Positions 27,654 to 32,000 of a stretch of 32,000 nucleotides of DNA are shown here, one piece after another. The notes under the pieces are model-generated. The model made no database searches. It had not been told where the DNA came from and saw only the letters and a list, made by a program, of their open reading frames with translations. This DNA comes from Micrococcus luteus NCTC 2665 (lineage in GTDB: Bacteria; Actinomycetota; Actinomycetes; Actinomycetales; Micrococcaceae). The first letter of the stretch is position 1; each line of letters begins with the position of its first letter. Position numbers and translations under genes: made by a program. The DNA lies in contig NC_012803.1 of assembly GCF_000023205.1 (NCBI RefSeq), positions 60,001 through 92,000 on the forward strand, given 5' to 3'.

Positions 27654-27815
27654 GACGGGGCCCCTTTCCACAGTTGTCCGTCCCGATACTACGGGCCGGG
27701 CTGGGAGACCGCCGAGAACAGCGGGATTCTGCGGGGTGGAGCGCGGGTGGGAGAGGTGCGGGAGGGGGCGAGCCACGGGCGTGGCGGGGACGCGGGGGCG
27801 GGCGTCGGGGCCGAT

Positions 27816-27845
27816 TTGCACGCCCGGGCGGGCGGGGGTTAGAGT
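27816..27845 (+). promoter_or_regulatory. Candidate sigma-A-type promoter for tRNA-Leu (TTGCAC-18 nt-TAGAGT)
   Basis: -35-like TTGCAC at 27816..27821 and -10-like TAGAGT at 27840..27845, about 58 nt upstream of the tRNA 5' end. Identified by pattern only. Confidence 0.35.
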
Positions 27846-27903
27846 ATTCCTCGCTGCCTGTGACGGTCGCCGGATGCCCGGAGCCGAGAGCAGGAAGCCG
27901 CTC

Positions 27904-27987
<84 letters not shown>

Positions 27988-27994
27988 CCGAGGA

Positions 27995-28030
27995 CGAAGG
28001 CCCCGGAACCGTGTGGTTCCGGGGCCTTCG
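27995..28030 (+). terminator. Hairpin CGAAGGCCCCGGAACC-GTGT-GGTTCCGGGGCCTTCG after tRNA-Leu
   Basis: 16-bp perfect stem, 7 nt after the tRNA 3' end. Confidence 0.7.
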
Positions 28031-28058
28031 GCGTTCCCGGGCTGGTCCCACTCACCCG

Positions 28059-28113
28059 TTGGGGGCGGTTTCGGGCGGTATCCACGCCGAATACCGCCCG
28101 AAACCGCCCCCAA
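28059..28113. repeat. 23-bp perfect inverted repeat with 9-nt spacer, each arm containing two GGGCGGT units 10 bp apart
   Basis: TTGGGGGCGGTTTCGGGCGGTAT-CCACGCCGA-ATACCGCCCGAAACCGCCCCCAA. It lies between the convergent tRNA-Leu and the USP gene and may act as a bidirectional terminator. Confidence 0.8.
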
Positions 28114-28161
28114 ACGCCGCGGGGTGGGCCGGGCGCGGGGCCGCCCGCCCGACGCCGGCCC

Positions 28162-28521
28162 TCACGGCTTGACGCACACCACCGGGACGCGCGCCTCGAG
28201 GATGATCTGCTGCGCGGCCGATCCCAGCAGCAGCTTGCCCACGGGGGAGCGGTGCCTCACGCCCACCACGATCCGGCTCGCGCCCACACGCTCGGCGTGC
28301 TCGAGCAGGTCGCCGACGGCGTCCCGGCCGCGCTCCTGGGCGTGCGCCACGGACACGGCGACGCCGGCCTCGCGCGCCTCCGCCTCGTCCGGCTCGGTCC
28401 CGTCGAGGGAGAACCAGACCACGTCCTCCCCGCGCAGGGCCGCCTCGGCCAGGGCGGCCCGCCAGGCCGCGGCGCTCTCGGGGGTGCTGGTTCCGGTGCT
28501 GATGATCGTCATGGGGACCAC
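28162..28521 (-). CDS. Universal stress protein (UspA family), short form
   Basis: 119-aa ORF from a GTG start, or 116 aa from the ATG at complement 28510..28512. The C-terminal USP signature is RIVVGVRHRSPVGKLLLGSAAQQIILEARVPVVCV. Confidence 0.8.
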   Translation of the reverse strand: MVPMTIISTGTSTPESAAAWRAALAEAALRGEDVVWFSLDGTEPDEAEAREAGVAVSVAHAQERGRDAVGDLLEHAERVGASRIVVGVRHRSPVGKLLLGSAAQQIILEARVPVVCVKP

Positions 28522-28688
28522 TGTGCGTCATGGGCGCGGCCCCCGTCACCACCCGGGCCGATGGTCGTCGGTCACTCTGCGGACGCGGAGCGCACGCAGC
28601 CTCGTCGCGCTGTTACGGTGACCTCCACCACTCGCACCTGTCCCCGGCGCCACTCCCTGGCGGCGGGGTGTCTCTGTTAGGAACCGCC

Positions 28689-29696
28689 ATGTCCTCCACC
28701 TCCCCCGACGGCCCCCCGCGCCGACGCACGGGGATCGGCCGGATCGTCTTCAGCGTGATCGCGGTGCTCACCGTGCTCGCGGCCTCCGCCTTCTCCATCC
28801 GCTCGGCCTCGGGAGGCAACGACATCCGCACCAACCTGACCCTCATCGCTCCCGCGGCCGCCGGCGGCGGCTGGGACTCGTTCCAGCGCGAGCTGCAGCA
28901 GACCATGCGCGTCAACGGGCTCGTGAACAACGTCCAGGTGGTCAACATCCCCGGCGCCGGTGGCACCATCGCCCTCGGTCAGCTGACCACGCTCGAGGAC
29001 GCGAACAACCTCATGGTGGGCGGCACCGGCCAGATCGCCGCCCACGCGGCCCGTGGCACCGGCCCCGAGCTCTCCCAGGTCACCGCGGTCAGCCGCGTCG
29101 TCGAGGAGTACAGCCTCGTGGTGGTCCCGGCGGACTCGCCGTACCAGAGCATGGACGACCTGGTGACCGCCTGGCGCGCCGATCCCGCCCACGTGGCGTG
29201 GACCGGCGGCGGCTCCTTCGACCAGCTCGTCATGGCGGACATCGCCCGCACGGCCGACGTGCCGGTCGCGGACACCACCTACATCCCGTCCGACGGCGGC
29301 GGCGAGGCCATCCAGGCCCTGCTCAACGGCACCGCCCAGGCCTCCGCCGGCGGCTTCGCGGACATCTACCCGCAGGTCCAGGCCGGCCGACTGCGCGCCC
29401 TCGGCGTGGTGGCGGCCGAGCCGCTGGCCGGCGTCGAGGAGATCCCGACCCTGCGCTCCCAGGGCTACGACGTCACGCTCACCAACTGGCGCGCCCTGTT
29501 CGTGCCGCCGGGTGTCTCCGCGGAGGAGCGCACGGAGCTCGAGGCCCTCATCGCCGAGGCGGTCGACACCCCCGAGTGGAAGGAAGCGGTGCAGCGCAAC
29601 TACTGGAACCCCGTGCCCCTCTCCGGCGCCGAACTCGAGGAGTTCATCGCCGCCGAGAAGGAGCGCATCGGCACGCTGACGGGAGAGATCAAGTGA
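28689..29696 (+). CDS. tctC: Tripartite tricarboxylate transporter substrate-binding protein (TctC/Bug family)
   Basis: 335-aa ORF from ATG 28689. It has an N-terminal signal/anchor, the PGAGGTIA motif and overall TctC-like periplasmic binding-protein features. tctB and tctA follow. Confidence 0.86.
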   Translation: MSSTSPDGPPRRRTGIGRIVFSVIAVLTVLAASAFSIRSASGGNDIRTNLTLIAPAAAGGGWDSFQRELQQTMRVNGLVNNVQVVNIPGAGGTIALGQLTTLEDANNLMVGGTGQIAAHAARGTGPELSQVTAVSRVVEEYSLVVVPADSPYQSMDDLVTAWRADPAHVAWTGGGSFDQLVMADIARTADVPVADTTYIPSDGGGEAIQALLNGTAQASAGGFADIYPQVQAGRLRALGVVAAEPLAGVEEIPTLRSQGYDVTLTNWRALFVPPGVSAEERTELEALIAEAVDTPEWKEAVQRNYWNPVPLSGAELEEFIAAEKERIGTLTGEIK

Positions 29697-30253
29697 GCCA
29701 CGCGTCCACCGTCCCCCCCGCCGCCGACGCCCCCTCCCGCTGGGGGCGCGCCGCCGGGCTCTCCGCGCTCGTCATGCCGGCCGTGCTGGCCGCGTTCAGC
29801 CTCTACCTGCTGCTGGGATCCCTGGCCATGGACACCGAGGGCGCCGACTTCCCCGGCCCGGACTTCTTCCCGCTGATCCTCGCGGTCGCGGGCCTCGTGA
29901 TCGCCGCCGCGCTCGCGGTGGAGGTCGTGCGCGTGCGCCAGTCCCCCGAGGGTCAGGCCGACGCGGACGGCGAGGTCGGCCAGGCGGCCGGTCCGCTGAC
30001 CCTGTTCCACTCGGACTTCGGCGCGCTGGCCTGGTGCTTCCTCGGCTTCCTCGCGTTCGCCGTCCTGCTGCCCTGGCTGGGGTGGATCCTCGCCGGGGCG
30101 CTGCTGTTCTGGTGCGTCACCCGCGCGTTCGGCGCCCCGCACCCCGTGTTCGACATCCTCGTCGCCCTGTTCGTCTCCTCGCTGGCCTACCTCGGCTTCG
30201 CGGTGGCCCTGGGCCTGACCCTGCCCTCGGGCATCCTGGGAGGTGGCTTCTGA
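29693..30253 (+). CDS. tctB: Tripartite tricarboxylate transporter small membrane subunit TctB
   Basis: 186-aa ORF with 4 TM helices and a GTGA overlap with the tctC stop. The position between tctC and tctA supports the call. Confidence 0.75.
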   Translation: MSHASTVPPAADAPSRWGRAAGLSALVMPAVLAAFSLYLLLGSLAMDTEGADFPGPDFFPLILAVAGLVIAAALAVEVVRVRQSPEGQADADGEVGQAAGPLTLFHSDFGALAWCFLGFLAFAVLLPWLGWILAGALLFWCVTRAFGAPHPVFDILVALFVSSLAYLGFAVALGLTLPSGILGGGF

Positions 30254-30254
30254 C

Positions 30255-31760
30255 ATGGAGACCCTCGGACTCCTCATGGAGGGCTTCGCCGGAGCCCTCA
30301 CCCCCATGAACCTGCTCTGGGTGGTGCTGGGCTGTCTGCTCGGCACCGCGGTCGGCGTGATGCCTGGACTGGGCTCCTCGATGGCCGTGGCCCTGCTGCT
30401 GCCCATGACCTTCGCCCTCGAGCCCACCGCCGCGTTCATCATGTTCTCCGGCGTGTACTTCGGCGGCCTCTTCGGCGACTCCACCATGGCCATCCTCATG
30501 AACACCCCCGGCCAGGCCTCGGCCATCGCCTCCACGTTCGAGGGCCACCGCATGGCCCAGGACGGCCGGGCGGCCCAGGCCCTGGCGACGGCGGCGCTCG
30601 GCGCCTTCATCGGCGGCATGGTGGCCTCGGTGTGCGTCGTGTTCCTCGCCCCCGTCCTGGCGGAGTTCTCCACGAGCTTCGGGCCCGCGGAGTACTTCGC
30701 GCTCGCGCTCTTCGCGTTCGTGGCCACCTCCTCGGTGGTCGCGGACTCGGTGCTGCGCGGCCTGGCCTCCCTGGTGCTGGGACTGGGCATCGCCGTCGTC
30801 GGGATCGATGCGGTGACCGGCGCCGAGCGCTTCACGATGGGCTCCCCGCAGCTGTTCGACGGCATCCCGCTCGTGACCGTCACGGTGGCGATCCTCGCGC
30901 TCGGCGAGGTGTTCCACGTGGCCTCCCGGGTGCGCCGCGAGCACGAGGACCTGCGCATCCGCCGCACCGGCCGGCCGTGGCTCTCGGGCGCCGAGTTCCG
31001 CGAGGCCGCCCCTGCGTGGCTGCGCGGCACGGCGATCGGCCTGCCGTTCGGCATCGTGCCGGTGGGTGGCTCCGAGGTGCCGACGTTCCTGGCGTACTCG
31101 GTCGAGCGGCGCCTGGACCGGCGCCGGGCGCATCCGCAGTTCGGCCGGGGCGCGATCCGCGGGCTGGCGGCCCCCGAGGCGGCGGGCAACTCGACCACCG
31201 GCATGGCGATGGGCGCCCTGCTCACGCTCGGCCTGCCCGTCTCCGCGACGGCGGCCATCATGCTGGCGGCGTTCCGCCAGTACGGGCTGCAGCCCGGCCC
31301 GCTGCTGTTCGACCGCAGCCCGGACCTCGTGTGGGCGCTGCTGGCGAGCTTCTTCATCGCGATGATCGTGCTGCTGGCGATCAACCTGCCGTTCGCGCAG
31401 CTGTGGGCCAAGCTCCTGCTCATCCCGAAGCACTACCTCTACGCGGGGATCACGCTGTTCTGCGGGCTGGGCATCTACGCCACCACGGGCGCGGTGTTCG
31501 ACCTGCTGATGCTCCTGGGGATCGGCGTGCTGGGCTTCCTGATGCGGCGGTACGGCTACCCGCTGGCGCCGCTGATGATCGGCATGGTGCTCGGCCCGCT
31601 GGCGGAGACCAGCCTGCGCGACGCCCTGCTCAGCTCGGTGGGCGACCCGGCCGTGCTCGTCTCCACCCCCATCACGTGGGTGATCTACGGGATCCTGGCG
31701 ATCGTGCTGGCGTTCTCGGTGCGGGCCGCCGTCGTGAGCCGGACGCGCCAGGACGTGTGA
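30255..31760 (+). CDS. tctA: Tripartite tricarboxylate transporter large permease TctA
   Basis: 501-aa polytopic ORF from ATG 30255, which lies 1 nt after the tctB stop, with GGGAGG upstream. The N-terminus LLWVVLGCLLGTAVGVMPGLG is typical of TctA. Confidence 0.92.
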   Translation: METLGLLMEGFAGALTPMNLLWVVLGCLLGTAVGVMPGLGSSMAVALLLPMTFALEPTAAFIMFSGVYFGGLFGDSTMAILMNTPGQASAIASTFEGHRMAQDGRAAQALATAALGAFIGGMVASVCVVFLAPVLAEFSTSFGPAEYFALALFAFVATSSVVADSVLRGLASLVLGLGIAVVGIDAVTGAERFTMGSPQLFDGIPLVTVTVAILALGEVFHVASRVRREHEDLRIRRTGRPWLSGAEFREAAPAWLRGTAIGLPFGIVPVGGSEVPTFLAYSVERRLDRRRAHPQFGRGAIRGLAAPEAAGNSTTGMAMGALLTLGLPVSATAAIMLAAFRQYGLQPGPLLFDRSPDLVWALLASFFIAMIVLLAINLPFAQLWAKLLLIPKHYLYAGITLFCGLGIYATTGAVFDLLMLLGIGVLGFLMRRYGYPLAPLMIGMVLGPLAETSLRDALLSSVGDPAVLVSTPITWVIYGILAIVLAFSVRAAVVSRTRQDV

Positions 31761-31791
31761 GCGGAGGCGGGATCCGCGCCCCCCCGAGGCG

Positions 31792-31850
31792 ACGCGGGTT
31801 GAGTTGTCACCGGTGTGCGGCCTCCGCACCCGTGACAACTCAACCCGCGT
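31792..31850. terminator. Long compound hairpin (19-bp perfect outer stem plus inner GTGCGG/CCGCAC stem) followed by TTT
   Basis: ACGCGGGTTGAGTTGTCAC...GTGACAACTCAACCCGCGT, then TTCTGG. It lies between tctA (+) and a convergent minus-strand ORF. Confidence 0.65.
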
Positions 31851-31872
31851 TTCTGGTGGGCGGCGGCCCCGC

Positions 31873-32000
31873 TCAGTAGTGGTACGTGTCCGACGGCGCC
31901 GTGATCGCGTTGTCCTGGTCCGGGTACCGCGTGGAGTGCACGCCGAACGCGGTGGCCAGCCCGAGGATCTTCTCCGCGCGCGCCTTGCGGGGCAGGTCGG
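31873..32000 (-). CDS. 3' end of an unidentified minus-strand gene (partial, runs off the window)
   Basis: Hand translation of the minus strand gives ...DLPRKARAEKILGLATAFGVHSTRYPDQDNAITAPSDTYHY-stop, with G/C-rich third positions. It is too short to assign. Confidence 0.3.
   Translation of the reverse strand, partial: DLPRKARAEKILGLATAFGVHSTRYPDQDNAITAPSDTYHY

Noticed and set aside
31801-31841. GACAACTC 8-mer shared between the tctA terminator arms (31834..31841 and its complement at 31801..31808) and the DnaA-box cluster (15933..15940, 15945..15952).
   Set aside because: In the terminator it is simply part of a 19-bp stem, and TTGTCAC is not a good DnaA box (it shifts the CCACA core). This is probably coincidence.

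Overview
High-GC actinobacterial (Micrococcales-like) chromosomal window with two compositionally different parts. All family calls come from motifs read in the ORF translations and recalled from memory; no database search was run.

(A) 1..~10.8 kb is a lower-GC block. Spot counts of single 60-nt lines give about 63% GC here, against about 75% in the right-hand part. It carries a tightly packed, largely translationally coupled proteostasis/redox operon: dnaK-grpE-cbpA(J-protein without zinc finger)-cbpM-like-clpB-trxC-type thioredoxin-UBP-type zinc-finger protein-cNMP/Grx-like/TrxR-like flavoprotein. This is followed by a decaying right end: a frameshifted alpha/beta hydrolase, an internally deleted hsp20 remnant, a ~50% GC non-coding stretch, and a YflT/GSP17M-like stress membrane protein.

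(B) ~11..32 kb is very high-GC core DNA.
- It starts with a YhhQ-type transporter, an amphi-Trp small protein, an MBL-fold hydrolase and a Lys/Ala-rich membrane-anchored protein.
- It then carries the conserved origin-proximal actinobacterial cell-division/Ser-Thr-phosphosignalling cluster: ppiA, rhomboid, crgA, trpG, pknB, pknA-like, pbpA, rodA, pstP, fhaB, fhaA, tRNA-Leu(CAG).
- It ends with a USP gene and a tctCBA tripartite tricarboxylate transporter.

I found no recognisable defence system, CRISPR array or intact mobile element. The most unusual items are:
- the chaperone-plus-redox super-operon and its atypical terminal genes;
- the compositional junction at ~10.8-10.95 kb;
- a dense cluster of DnaA-box-like 9-mers, organised as two copies of a 29-bp palindromic unit, in the rhomboid/crgA convergent intergenic region.
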